A stretch of DNA of 64,000 nt from a virus (IMGVR_UViG_3300049486_000079:28841-92840), one strand, 5' to 3'; positions 48,196-58,079 are shown, counted from the stretch's first letter. Notes: generated by a model not told the origin, from the letters alone. Program-made: numbers and translations.

Positions 48196-50088
48196 TCAGC
48201 GTGATTTCATAGCCGATCTGAGATCCTGCATAAACCCACTAAGCTCACGGATTTGCTTGGCAAATTGCTCGTCGTTTTTGAGCAGCTTCTCAAAATTCTC
48301 TTCGGCTCTCTTTTCGGACTCACGATCTCCAGATAGGAGGTCACGTTCCCAACTACCAGAGGTTTTACGATTGCGCAAGACCCTAGCAGCGAATTGTGAA
48401 GAGATTTCGGGATGTCCGCTTGCAAGCGCCCTCATCACAGACTCGGACTGGCCAAAAGACGGCTGCTGTTGGACACCTGCCGGCGCTTGCCCAGGGCTTT
48501 GTTGGGGTGCGGGTGTCAAAGTCGGAGCTGCTGGCGTCGCAGCCGCTGCGGCTTTGTTCATATACTGCATGCTAGATGCCTGCATTCGGGCCTGCTGCTC
48601 TCCACGACGCTCGTCATCCCGCTCCTTCTCTTTACGGATCTGAATGATCTCCTCGTCGGTAAAGTCAAAAATACGCTGAAGAATCCAGCGTTCTGACACA
48701 AACGCCTGAAGTCTCGCCGCGAGATCAGCCCGTGCATTCTGAACTTCAATCTGAGCAAGATGGTAAATTGCGGACGGAACCGTAAGATGGATATTATATT
48801 CCGTGTCATACGGATTGATGTCGAGAGCGGCCAAGTGAACCCGGGTCAGCTTATGTAGGCCTGTTTTGAGACCTAGCTGTACACGTAGAATGGTCCGAGC
48901 AAACCGAACATCCTCACTGCTGAGAACTTGACGCGAAGCGCCTTCATCCTGGCCTAAATAGCTTTTAGGCACCTTGACAGCAGCAAAGAGACGATCCCTG
49001 AAGTAATTGATATCGTCCATGGACTGCCACTGAGGCGAGCCCATGACTTCGACACGCGCCCCGTCCTGGCCTTTACGTCGCGGGATCCAGAAGTCATCGT
49101 CAGGCCCCAGACCGTCCCATTTGAGATTCAGCTTCCCTGTCTGGGGATCGTAGATCTTTTTCTTCTTGTACATCTGCTTGACGCGGTTCACGTACGCAAG
49201 CGCCTCAGCAGGAGGGAGATCGCCCACATCCACATAAAACGCGAACCGCTCAGGGGCTCTCTGAAGACGGTAAACAAGCGCAGAATCCTCGATTAACCCA
49301 AGGCGCTTGAAAATCCACCTGCCTGCTTCAAGCACACTGTGCCCGTAAGCAGAGCGCCTATACCGCCCTCTCAAACGAAAATGAACAACTTCCCAATCTT
49401 CAAAAGGAACCGCGCGATTCCGGTCGGTCGCTTTGATATCCTCTTCATCGGGAGCGGTTCCTCCAAACTTTTTGAACCGCTCTGCCAAGATTGCCTTGAA
49501 TTCCTTAGGACCCCAGCCCTGTCGTCCCCTGAAATCCTGGACGAACCCATACAGCTCGCCTCGCGAACCCTCTACACGACGCATGGTAGCAGGAGGCAAG
49601 AAATTAAGACCGACAACACCTGAGGGTGCTACGAGTAACTCCTCAAAATCATTGCCGTATTTACAGAGGGTCCGTGCGATCTCCCATATCTCTTCGTCCA
49701 AACGGAGCGTTCTCTGAAAAAGATCACGATCGAGGATGTTTTGAAGGGTTCGATCAGGGGAGGTCACCCATACAGTACGCTTCAACTCCTCGTTAGGCTG
49801 CGTCGAATCGTCTGCAAAGATGTCGAGGGCCGGCGAAAGAAAGGCATCCTCGTCCATCTCCTCATAATCGGCGTACCGAGACATCAAGTCGTTTTCGACT
49901 GTCAGCCTCTCTGCAACAGCATCGTAACCAAAGGCCTGGAGCATATCCCGGCCGTAGGTGTACATAGGCCCCGAAGCAGTGCTGCCTTTAGCCAGCTCTT
50001 TCGAGGCTTGCTCTTTGTCAAAGCGAAACCATCCTCGAATAAGGCTGGCTGTACCTGTAAGAAATCCCATCGGAACCTCTGAACTCAA
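48196..50088 (-). CDS. Portal protein (T4 gp20-like)
   Basis: HFRL, YG.SVLE, ED..LVYR..RAPER..FYVDVG.LP, DDFWIP and D..YF...LF..KVP motifs. Confidence 0.96.
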   Translation of the reverse strand: MSSEVPMGFLTGTASLIRGWFRFDKEQASKELAKGSTASGPMYTYGRDMLQAFGYDAVAERLTVENDLMSRYADYEEMDEDAFLSPALDIFADDSTQPNEELKRTVWVTSPDRTLQNILDRDLFQRTLRLDEEIWEIARTLCKYGNDFEELLVAPSGVVGLNFLPPATMRRVEGSRGELYGFVQDFRGRQGWGPKEFKAILAERFKKFGGTAPDEEDIKATDRNRAVPFEDWEVVHFRLRGRYRRSAYGHSVLEAGRWIFKRLGLIEDSALVYRLQRAPERFAFYVDVGDLPPAEALAYVNRVKQMYKKKKIYDPQTGKLNLKWDGLGPDDDFWIPRRKGQDGARVEVMGSPQWQSMDDINYFRDRLFAAVKVPKSYLGQDEGASRQVLSSEDVRFARTILRVQLGLKTGLHKLTRVHLAALDINPYDTEYNIHLTVPSAIYHLAQIEVQNARADLAARLQAFVSERWILQRIFDFTDEEIIQIRKEKERDDERRGEQQARMQASSMQYMNKAAAAATPAAPTLTPAPQQSPGQAPAGVQQQPSFGQSESVMRALASGHPEISSQFAARVLRNRKTSGSWERDLLSGDRESEKRAEENFEKLLKNDEQFAKQIRELSGFMQDLRSAMKSR

Positions 50089-52205
50089 AAGCTATTCGGA
50101 TCCCAACCACTGCCCCAATCGGCGCCCCCGCTAATAAAAGGCGGCATCAGATCGGACATCGACCCCTGAGAAGGAGCCAAGGGTAAAATGGAGGGGGCGT
50201 TGGTAAAGTCTGCCATCCCTAAAGAAGGAGGCGTCGGCATCAAAGGAGACGTGTTCCCCTGGTTCGCAGCGTACCCAGGATCGACCCAGAACATGGGAGA
50301 CATACTGGAGCTGGAGACTATGGGAAGAGGCATATTGGTATGAGCCTGACTTAAAGTGAACAAGGCCCCTGCCAGCGCATCCGCGCAGTCCTTGCTGCCC
50401 TTGGGAGGGTGGTCGACCTTATTCTTAGTCGCGTGCTTTTCAAGCTGCCTCAGCTCGACCTTCAGAGGCTCGTAGTCATACAAGACCACACGGTCCTCAT
50501 ATAAAGCAAGCTTAAGATTCTCGTACGGCTCTAGTGAAGTATCCACAGATACAAGCTGCGCATTGTACCCTTTTTGACTGAGCTTTTGAATGGTGTCCGC
50601 CGACTGAAATGAGTCAGTCGACACCGAAGTAATGGTGTAGCCATGACTCGTCAGCTCGTAAATGAGCCGACGTATATCTCCCAGTACAATCTCTCCGCCT
50701 ATCGGTGGAATGATCTGAAGTACGACATCCACGTAATAGATAGGAGCGCGCTCCAGGTACTCACGTTGATCCTCTGTCCTTCGGATAACGTCTTTCCAGC
50801 CTGCGATATGAGACATGCAGAAACCAGCGCAGTCTCCTGATAAGGCGGGGTCTATATGAACGTGACGTACTGCGCGAGGATTCACGAGAGGACGCACAAC
50901 CCGCGTCGTTCCTCCACCAGAGACCCTCTCACTAAAGGCCCCTGTCATAACGCTCCAAAGGAAGCTGCCTCCTTTGGACATGTCGTAAACAGGAGTCGAA
51001 AAAGGATGGGCCCTACTGGGATCGATCGCATCCTGAATCTTCTCTCGTTTATGAATGAAGGGATGAAGCGCCGCTGTCGCCCGCCCCGCCAGATCGCGGA
51101 TGGCGCCTTCAAGGTCACGCTCAAAGTCGGCACGGAACTCTGGAGGGACCGCGATGATCTCGGTACCTTCAGGAAGCTGCTTACGGAACGAATCGACCTC
51201 CTCCGGCTCCAAGATCCGCGAGAGAGCTACTTCGTTGCCACAAAAGACATGAAAGCAGTTCTCCATGTCATAGGCCTCAGGCTTCACATCCCAAAGTGCA
51301 TAATCTAGGGCATAGACACTCGGATCACTCGCAGACTCTCGGATTTTTCTCTCGGTGAAATCGTCGTTCGACTGTTTCGACGAGACGAGAAAAAGGATCC
51401 CAGGAAGGCGGCCTCGTTTCTCGAAACGCGACTTCATACGACGCTTGATCGCGTTATAGATGACCTCGGCCTGGTCATACCTAGGGACGCCTGGTATATT
51501 ACGAACAGACTTCTGAGGCTTGGCTAAGAAGTTCGTCTCGTCGAGAAACGCCGCGATAGGAGCAAGACCTAACGCAGACGTGTCCGTCGTCGCTCGTGCC
51601 GCCACCCAGATATTGTTGGGAAACACAAGCTCCTTTTTCATGGCCTTGAACGGGAAATGCTGCTGAAAATACTCGCTGGCCTTTATCTTGGCTGCGATGT
51701 ACTCAAAGGCTACTTTAATCGCAAGCTGTTCCGTGACAGAGAGGCATATGGCCGATATTTTAGAATCTGCCGCGAGACCGAAGGCTTTCTGTGGGCTCTT
51801 CATGCAAGAAAGCTCGTAAAGAATACGACAGATTCCTATAGACGCAAAATAGCTTTTCCCGTAGCCAATGGACCCGCTGACAATAACCTCGTTGTAGCCC
51901 CCGCTGAAGACGTTCTTCAAATCCTCAAAGAGCACCCGATACGTATTCCCACATGTCTCCCCAAGAAAATGAGGATCATAGACGAATGTCTCCAGATCTA
52001 CAGGCGTGTTCTTATACTGCGCATTGTTGAGAACATCGATAATGGTGGGCTGACCTTGGAGATCGGTATTTAGCTCCGCCAGCATCAGCTTTAGAGTCTC
52101 AATCTCCTCAGCCGTCAGAGATCCTAACTCTTTTAGAATCGAAGACTCTTCGTCAGCACTGCCCCGAACGGTCTTGTACTGACCCCCTTCTTTAATAATA
52201 GGCAT
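50085..52205 (-). CDS. terL: Terminase large subunit
   Basis: Walker A GSIGYGKS, Walker B FLDE, nuclease HIDPA and DHP..GSKD.ADA motifs; upstream of portal. Confidence 0.93.
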   Translation of the reverse strand: MPIIKEGGQYKTVRGSADEESSILKELGSLTAEEIETLKLMLAELNTDLQGQPTIIDVLNNAQYKNTPVDLETFVYDPHFLGETCGNTYRVLFEDLKNVFSGGYNEVIVSGSIGYGKSYFASIGICRILYELSCMKSPQKAFGLAADSKISAICLSVTEQLAIKVAFEYIAAKIKASEYFQQHFPFKAMKKELVFPNNIWVAARATTDTSALGLAPIAAFLDETNFLAKPQKSVRNIPGVPRYDQAEVIYNAIKRRMKSRFEKRGRLPGILFLVSSKQSNDDFTERKIRESASDPSVYALDYALWDVKPEAYDMENCFHVFCGNEVALSRILEPEEVDSFRKQLPEGTEIIAVPPEFRADFERDLEGAIRDLAGRATAALHPFIHKREKIQDAIDPSRAHPFSTPVYDMSKGGSFLWSVMTGAFSERVSGGGTTRVVRPLVNPRAVRHVHIDPALSGDCAGFCMSHIAGWKDVIRRTEDQREYLERAPIYYVDVVLQIIPPIGGEIVLGDIRRLIYELTSHGYTITSVSTDSFQSADTIQKLSQKGYNAQLVSVDTSLEPYENLKLALYEDRVVLYDYEPLKVELRQLEKHATKNKVDHPPKGSKDCADALAGALFTLSQAHTNMPLPIVSSSSMSPMFWVDPGYAANQGNTSPLMPTPPSLGMADFTNAPSILPLAPSQGSMSDLMPPFISGGADWGSGWDPNSF

Positions 52206-52220
52206 GAGCTTCTCCCTCTT

Positions 52221-53006
52221 TTAGGTCGGTTCCTCTGAGGTAACTTTTGCCATCAATTTCTGCCCCGTCGCCCCCTCAGCGCTTACAGGCACAGGCGCGT
52301 CGGTATCTTTATTGAGCGTAAGAAATTTCTCTAAAACAGAGGCAGAAATCGAACCATCCGAGACAAGAAGCCTCTGGGCAACCGAGGCGATCCGCTGGCG
52401 CTTTTCTGGATCTTCCAGCACCCTTGAGACCGCTTCGGATCCATAACGCGCGCCGATGTCGTCCATCAGCCGCCCTTCCATCTCGACTAGACCCAAATGC
52501 CGCTTCGAGATGCCCAGATCCATTTTCAACTGAGCACTTGTCTCAAGGATCTCTTTCGCAACACGCATCTCCTGAACCATGGTCGGAGACAGCTTGTTCT
52601 TCTCATCTTCAAGCTGAACCCCTTTCTCTATCCGCTTCAACTGAATGCGGTAGAGCTTTTCCAGCTCGGACAACTCGTCTAAGCCCTGGTGAAGTTGCTG
52701 CGCGACCTTCGTGTGAAGAGGCATCAGCCTCTGGTTCACAACGCCTTCGGGAAGATCAGAGACAAACTCGCCTGGAGGGATCGACTTTCGAAACTCGTCT
52801 ACACGACCCGCTATCAAAGGCCGGGGGTGTTTTGCAACCTGAGGCTCTTCCTCCAGAAGATAATCGACCAGCGCTCCTGTCGTCCAGCCCGCGACCACTC
52901 GCTTTCGGAACTCCGAAAAGCATTCGAGTCCTCGTAAAAACTGGTGGTCGTCCTTGCGTGAGACGGGTTTCAGCTTCGGACCGGGCATTGAAGGTCGTCT
53001 AGGCAA
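52221..53006 (-). CDS. Putative terminase small subunit
   Basis: Helical/coiled coil directly upstream of TerL. Confidence 0.6.
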   Translation of the reverse strand: MPRRPSMPGPKLKPVSRKDDHQFLRGLECFSEFRKRVVAGWTTGALVDYLLEEEPQVAKHPRPLIAGRVDEFRKSIPPGEFVSDLPEGVVNQRLMPLHTKVAQQLHQGLDELSELEKLYRIQLKRIEKGVQLEDEKNKLSPTMVQEMRVAKEILETSAQLKMDLGISKRHLGLVEMEGRLMDDIGARYGSEAVSRVLEDPEKRQRIASVAQRLLVSDGSISASVLEKFLTLNKDTDAPVPVSAEGATGQKLMAKVTSEEPT

Positions 53007-53027
53007 GACAAATCACCTCAGAGATCC

Positions 53028-53056
53028 AGACTAGCACTTACCTTATCAAGCGCCAA
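53028..53056 (-). promoter_or_regulatory. Putative promoter TTGGCG-N17-(TGc)TAGTCT for packaging/head genes
   Basis: Intergenic, extended -10. Confidence 0.45.
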
Positions 53057-53076
53057 GAGCTGAAGAATGGGGGAGC

Positions 53077-54834
53077 TTACTTCGCGTCCGCCCAGGTCTT
53101 GCCGCTCCCTGGATCTACGCGAACTGGTACTGATTTCAAGAGGGTAGCCATAGCCTCTTGCATCCCGATGCGCAGCTCGTTCTTCACAGCCTCAACGAGA
53201 TCTGCGTCGTCGTCAACCTCACAAATAATCTCATCGTGCACATGATGGACCATCTTCGCTCGATCTCCAAAAGGCTTCAGACGGAAATAAACCTCGCGCA
53301 ACGCTCGTTTAAGACCGTCCGCACCTGTCCCCTGGACGGGTGTGTTCATGAACTCGCTATACGTATTCTCGGCTTCCAGGTAACGGACGCGTCCTGAGAG
53401 GGTGCGCGTAAACCCGCAGCGCTTCCCGTCGTTCACCGCTCGTTTGTGCCAGCGCTGAATCGATGAATACTCAGAAAAGTAACGTTCGATGAACGTCTCG
53501 GCTTGCCGCTTGGTCATCGAAACCCCGTAGTTGGACTGCGCGTAAAGCACCAACTTGTCGGCCCCCATACCATAAATCAACCCGAAATTCACTGCCTTGG
53601 CCGCTTGCCTCTGCGCCTTGGTGATATCCTTCTCCGCGACGTTGTTGATGACCGCTGCCGTATGGTAGTGAGCGTCCTTGTCCTCTTTGAAAATCCGAAG
53701 GAGGGTCTCGTCCTGAGCGATCTCCGCCGCAATCCGCATCTCGATCCCTGCGTAGTCGGCGACCACGTAAACCCTGCCGTTTTCCGGTCGAAAACACTCC
53801 CGAAACCGGGTGTCCCTGGGAATCTGCTGCAAATTAGGAGCAGAGCACGAAAAACGGCCTGCCCCTGTAAAAGGATAATACTGAGGATGGATTCTCCCTG
53901 TCTTAGGATGCACATACTCAAGAAAACTCGGCCCGAAAGCCGCAAGACATTTACTGTACTCGCGGTACTTGAAAATATCCGCAATCACAGGCATAGCACT
54001 GAGGAACTGCGCCAGGTCAATTTCAGCCGTGTTGGCTATTTTAGGGTTGAGCTTCTGAAGCGCTACCAGAAGCTGCGGGGTCGAATCGAGATTCCATGAG
54101 ACATCCATCCCCGGCAACGTCAACTGTGAAGAAGGATTTGGAAGCTGCGCGAGGAGCTTCTTTTTGTATTGGTCGGAAAGAGATTTATTCTCACGAGCCA
54201 AAGCCAGCCAGCGCGGCTGATCAATGTAAAAACCTTTCAACTCGACAGCGGACTCCGGGAGGACAGATCCAAACTCGATCAGCGCACAATGCTGAAGCCC
54301 AAAGGAGAAAATCTGCTTACGTAAAGAATCACGAAGTGCAGGAAGGAGGATAACGTCGTCCGCTGCATAATCATACTGCTCTTTAGTCAGGGCTCCCGCC
54401 CAATTCGACCCGCCTAGATCCTGGGTTCGAGGGAGCATGCCCAGCTCACGGGAATAGAGAGTGTAGAGGTCATGCGGGACCTTCCGACCATTGTGAATAA
54501 CGGCGCTCGCTCTATACGTATCAAAAATAGGCCACAGCTCTAGATTATAATGGTGAAGTAACCACTTCTGATCGAACTTGGCATTCTGAATAATTTTGAC
54601 CCCTTTCGAGGTCCGGAGCGCTCCTTCAAGCGGACCCAACCCACCAGTCTGGAAAAGGTCTACGACGAACGCTTCCTCGGAACACCCTATAGAGATGAGA
54701 CGAATATCGCCGTCCAGTGGATTCAGGGCCGTTGTCTCAAGGTCCAGCGCAAAGGCATCTGCTTTTTGAACAGCTTCGCAGACTTTCCCGAGGTCCGCAC
54801 GGTCCGTAACCAGCGTATACTCAAGATCTCTCAC
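53077..54834 (-). CDS. polA: DNA polymerase family A (3'-5' exonuclease + polymerase, no 5' nuclease)
   Basis: DLETT, NAKFD, YAADD, PNLQQIP, ADY..IE.R, RQAAKAVNFGLIYG and VHDE motifs. Confidence 0.97.
   Translation of the reverse strand: MRDLEYTLVTDRADLGKVCEAVQKADAFALDLETTALNPLDGDIRLISIGCSEEAFVVDLFQTGGLGPLEGALRTSKGVKIIQNAKFDQKWLLHHYNLELWPIFDTYRASAVIHNGRKVPHDLYTLYSRELGMLPRTQDLGGSNWAGALTKEQYDYAADDVILLPALRDSLRKQIFSFGLQHCALIEFGSVLPESAVELKGFYIDQPRWLALARENKSLSDQYKKKLLAQLPNPSSQLTLPGMDVSWNLDSTPQLLVALQKLNPKIANTAEIDLAQFLSAMPVIADIFKYREYSKCLAAFGPSFLEYVHPKTGRIHPQYYPFTGAGRFSCSAPNLQQIPRDTRFRECFRPENGRVYVVADYAGIEMRIAAEIAQDETLLRIFKEDKDAHYHTAAVINNVAEKDITKAQRQAAKAVNFGLIYGMGADKLVLYAQSNYGVSMTKRQAETFIERYFSEYSSIQRWHKRAVNDGKRCGFTRTLSGRVRYLEAENTYSEFMNTPVQGTGADGLKRALREVYFRLKPFGDRAKMVHHVHDEIICEVDDDADLVEAVKNELRIGMQEAMATLLKSVPVRVDPGSGKTWADAK
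54792..54805. repeat. GGWCC-RYRY-GGWCC site
   Basis: GGTCCGCACGGTCC near polA start. Confidence 0.75.
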
Positions 54835-54842
54835 CAGGAGGC

Positions 54843-54871
54843 TTCATAACCAGGCAGGCAGAAAGTGTAAA
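54843..54871 (-). promoter_or_regulatory. Putative promoter TTTACA-N17-TATGAA just upstream of polA
   Basis: 17-bp spacer; -10 lies 8 nt from the GTG start. Confidence 0.4.
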
Positions 54872-54877
54872 GCAGAG

Positions 54878-55150
54878 TCACTGCGATTGCATTTTCTTGC
54901 GTCGAGCCGTCACCCTGGCCTGTAACCTCTGACGAAGGCCAGTCAAAGCAACCGACGAATCTCCCGAATCACGATGCTTGTACCTAGGGTCATAGACAGC
55001 GCCTCTTATTGTACTTTCTCGCTCACCCTCAGGTTTTCCCTTGAAGGCGCGCCCTGTGTACTTAGGGCCGTACGTGGTTTTCCGCAAAGCGACTGTTTCG
55101 CCCAGCGACCGCCTGAGAGCTTCCGTCAAAATCAACAGTACCGTCGACAT
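54878..55150 (-). CDS. Small basic hypothetical protein
   Basis: LTEA then K/R-rich. Confidence 0.55.
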   Translation of the reverse strand: MSTVLLILTEALRRSLGETVALRKTTYGPKYTGRAFKGKPEGERESTIRGAVYDPRYKHRDSGDSSVALTGLRQRLQARVTARRKKMQSQ

Positions 55151-55183
55151 GCGAACAACCCTACATCGAAGTGAGCAAGAACG

Positions 55184-55423
55184 CTAGTCCTGCTGCTGAA
55201 GTGACGGAATCACATGGTCTGCCATACTCCGTGCTTTATCTGAAATAAGATACAGATCGTTACGGAGATGAAACGCCAAGTAGAACATATCCTCCCGCAC
55301 AGAGGGGTCCAAATCCTGCTCTGCGGGAAGAACCGCAAGCCTCTCTGTCCAACGTCGGACCTGATCTAACAAAGAATATAACTCCGTAGTCACCGTATCT
55401 CTCGGAAGCCCGAACAAAAACAT
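55184..55423 (-). CDS. Hypothetical protein
   Basis: GAGG RBS; fills the gap. Confidence 0.55.
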   Translation of the reverse strand: MFLFGLPRDTVTTELYSLLDQVRRWTERLAVLPAEQDLDPSVREDMFYLAFHLRNDLYLISDKARSMADHVIPSLQQQD

Positions 55424-55435
55424 TAAAAACCTCGG

Positions 55436-56275
55436 TTATTCTGTGCGAGCCAACGCTTCGAGCGTATCCACCCCGAACACAATCTCTCCCTTGGACGGAT
55501 CGTACGCAATCAGCCTGACATTAAGAGAGGATTCTAACCCGTTCAGGTATTCCTCCAGCACTCTCTCCTCTTTCGTGAAAGAATGTGTCGCAAGAAAGTT
55601 CGTACAAATCAGGTCGAGGTTGTGGCTCTTCTTATCCGACTTGGACAACCGTGCGGCCGTCTCCAAAGCCTTCTCCACGTTCACTGCTTGCTCGGGGTAC
55701 AGCTTGAAAGCTTCGTTCTTTAAGGCCTCGGGTTTCGGAATCTTCGTGTCGACGTCGTTAAGATCGATCGTCTCACGATCCTCCCCATACTCTTCCTGAA
55801 CACGATCCAGGTACTGATTCACAAGCTGACAGAGCTTGGCGTGACTGATCTGCTCCGCCTGCTCAATCCACTCTTCCGCATTATGCTGGTTAATGACACG
55901 GATAAGCTCGCGCACCTTAGAAAAGCCCAACGCCACAAGGCGTGCTTTGATCGATTCGTTGAGCCGGTTCCCCAGATCGACTTCCAGTCGATACCAGATC
56001 CTACGAAGCCGCTGTGCCCGCTTAGGCTCGATATTCAGATCCTGACGGACATATTCATCGAAAGTCTCAAATCCCCACGATCGGTAAATAGGTCCTTTCT
56101 CGGGATCTCCATCGACAGGAGCGTCGTAAATGGTATAAAGAAGACGGGCCAACTCCATATAGCCCTCTTCCACTTTTGTAGCGAAATCACGCGCCTTGCG
56201 CCGAACACGGCGTCCCCAGTCGGCAGATCCGACATCGGTCACAGTCTCAGTCTGGACTTCCTCATACGCATGCAT
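55436..56275 (-). CDS. Helical DNA-binding protein (DUF3102/ParB-HTH-like)
   Basis: GF.TF.EY...L.I....A..L, G.SK..EL motifs. Confidence 0.6.
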   Translation of the reverse strand: MHAYEEVQTETVTDVGSADWGRRVRRKARDFATKVEEGYMELARLLYTIYDAPVDGDPEKGPIYRSWGFETFDEYVRQDLNIEPKRAQRLRRIWYRLEVDLGNRLNESIKARLVALGFSKVRELIRVINQHNAEEWIEQAEQISHAKLCQLVNQYLDRVQEEYGEDRETIDLNDVDTKIPKPEALKNEAFKLYPEQAVNVEKALETAARLSKSDKKSHNLDLICTNFLATHSFTKEERVLEEYLNGLESSLNVRLIAYDPSKGEIVFGVDTLEALARTE

Positions 56276-56279
56276 AAAA

Positions 56280-56855
56280 TCACTCCACTAAAGAACGAGC
56301 CATCCGAACGACTTCTGAATCCAAACAAGCTTCGATAGAAGCAAGAGCATCAAAGGCATGTTCGACGTCTTGTTTGACAAAGGCCTCTGGAAAAACCTGG
56401 AACTTGGAGGACACCGCCTCCTGGATCTCGAACTTCGAGGCGTTCTTCCGTCCGCACAGCTTCTCTTTTAGCTCTTGCGGCGAACACTGTACCACAGGCA
56501 AGTCATTGAGTGCCGATAAAGTCCCAAGGATCCCCCAACAAATTCCGAGCTGCTGCGCCACAGAAGCCGAAGGTGGGAAAGACATGGCCTCTGCCGAGAT
56601 AACCCTTATGTTCAAGTCGGACTTCTCAAATATGCGCGTATTAAGCTCCAAGGCTATCTCACGAGCCCGTCGAAGCCGGTCGTCTGACGCCCTAACCTCA
56701 CGTTTTTTAGCCGACTGCTCCGTATGCAAAGCACCCATCAAAGGACGACCATGCCTATCTCTCACAAGCTCACAGGTTTTCCTGGAAAGGGTCACAACCG
56801 CATAGCCTATATTGGCGAGCCCGGGATCGATGCCGAGCATATGTATCTGCGCCAT
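56280..56855 (-). CDS. ruvC: RuvC-like Holliday junction resolvase
   Basis: LGIDPG..N.GY, E, P..LK....G..NASK and H..DA motifs. Confidence 0.9.
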   Translation of the reverse strand: MAQIHMLGIDPGLANIGYAVVTLSRKTCELVRDRHGRPLMGALHTEQSAKKREVRASDDRLRRAREIALELNTRIFEKSDLNIRVISAEAMSFPPSASVAQQLGICWGILGTLSALNDLPVVQCSPQELKEKLCGRKNASKFEIQEAVSSKFQVFPEAFVKQDVEHAFDALASIEACLDSEVVRMARSLVE

Positions 56856-57229
56856 TATTCCGCTCGCACCTTCATCTCGACTAGACGAGAGACAAACGCG
56901 ATTGAGCCTAAGATCCGATCAGCGTCGTCTGTCTTAACCAGGCAAGAATCTTCGCTTTTTTCAAAAACCGCGCCCATCGCGTCCTCAGTGTCCTTGATCA
57001 GACGCTTGATATCTTCTTGCCTCCGCTTACCCCACTCGGACTTGTACAAAAAACACCAAGAACACAATGCCAAAAGCGAGTCTTCGGCCGAAGCAGATCG
57101 AAGTGCAGGATCCAGAAGACCCCAACGAGCCACTGTTCGATGACAGCAACTACAGGCGACTCCCCAGAGAGCCTTCGGCAAAGGCTGAAGATAACGAGGA
57201 TCCAACAAAAGTAGATTGTCAAAAGCCAC
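56855..57229 (-). CDS. Hypothetical Zn-finger protein
   Basis: CSCC ... CSWC; coupled to neighbours. Confidence 0.6.
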   Translation of the reverse strand: MAFDNLLLLDPRYLQPLPKALWGVACSCCHRTVARWGLLDPALRSASAEDSLLALCSWCFLYKSEWGKRRQEDIKRLIKDTEDAMGAVFEKSEDSCLVKTDDADRILGSIAFVSRLVEMKVRAE

Positions 57230-58079
57230 GATACCGCTCCGTCATCGAAAAACAAGGGCCTACGACCACGCAATCACGTGCGCGTGAACAAGACGAATCT
57301 GAACAAATACGTTCAGGCAAAATACCTTCCCGTATCCCTCGTTGAATCTCCAACGCGGTCTTTTTGACAGCGTCGGTCGTTTCCCGGTCTTCTTCGATAA
57401 AATGCTCGATAAGAGCCTTTGCGCCAAAAGCGCCTTTGTTCCAGTAGATAAAAACAGCCCACTTCAAGCCTGTGAGCATGAAGTACACGTGCGCCTGAAT
57501 CACATGATTGATATTAGGCGTATTACGGATCTCAAAGGACGACCGCTCGCTGACGGATTTTATTTCCAATAAGCCCAAGCCAGGCAAGGAAGGCAGTCGG
57601 AGAAACCCGTCGGGATGGCCCGAAACCCGATAAGCGTCGTCCTTGAAATGAAGTTCGTTGTACACAAACTTGTCGTGCCCACAACGACGGCAGTGCAGGG
57701 GACGTGTCATCAGCCCCATCTCCAAAGGACGATGCCTTGGGCGACCCCCGTGGCGTTTGTTGCACCTCAGACACAACCACTGCCCGAGAAGAACTCCGGT
57801 TTTAGGCAGGATTTCGTTCTGCATGACCCAATGCAGTCCGGTACCGTGAGCAAAAGTGAGCAGAAGATCTGTGTTAAACCGATTCCGCCGCTCTCTCTTC
57901 TCAAGTGAGCAGATTACTTCCTCGCGAGGACAAAGCGCTCCAAACGAAGACGCCCTGAGATACGAATCCTCTGTAAAATAAGGTTTCGCAGAATCCTCGA
58001 CGAAATAGGACTCAATCAGACTGCGGAGGGACGTTTTGGCTCGGTTCGCCTGAATAATCGCCGAAAAAGCCATAACCAT
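57219..58079 (-). CDS. Cas4-like PD-(D/E)xK exonuclease (start likely near 58079)
   Basis: AS....CPR, GT.LH, GHPDG...LEIKS, Q.H.Y, C-terminal C-x4-C-x5-C; CxxC/CxxC insert. Confidence 0.85.
   Translation of the reverse strand: MVMAFSAIIQANRAKTSLRSLIESYFVEDSAKPYFTEDSYLRASSFGALCPREEVICSLEKRERRNRFNTDLLLTFAHGTGLHWVMQNEILPKTGVLLGQWLCLRCNKRHGGRPRHRPLEMGLMTRPLHCRRCGHDKFVYNELHFKDDAYRVSGHPDGFLRLPSLPGLGLLEIKSVSERSSFEIRNTPNINHVIQAHVYFMLTGLKWAVFIYWNKGAFGAKALIEHFIEEDRETTDAVKKTALEIQRGIREGILPERICSDSSCSRARDCVVVGPCFSMTERYRGF

Noticed and set aside
57219-58079. Cas4-like gene as evidence of CRISPR-Cas
   Set aside because: No repeat-spacer array or other cas genes seen; solo Cas4-like nucleases are common in phages
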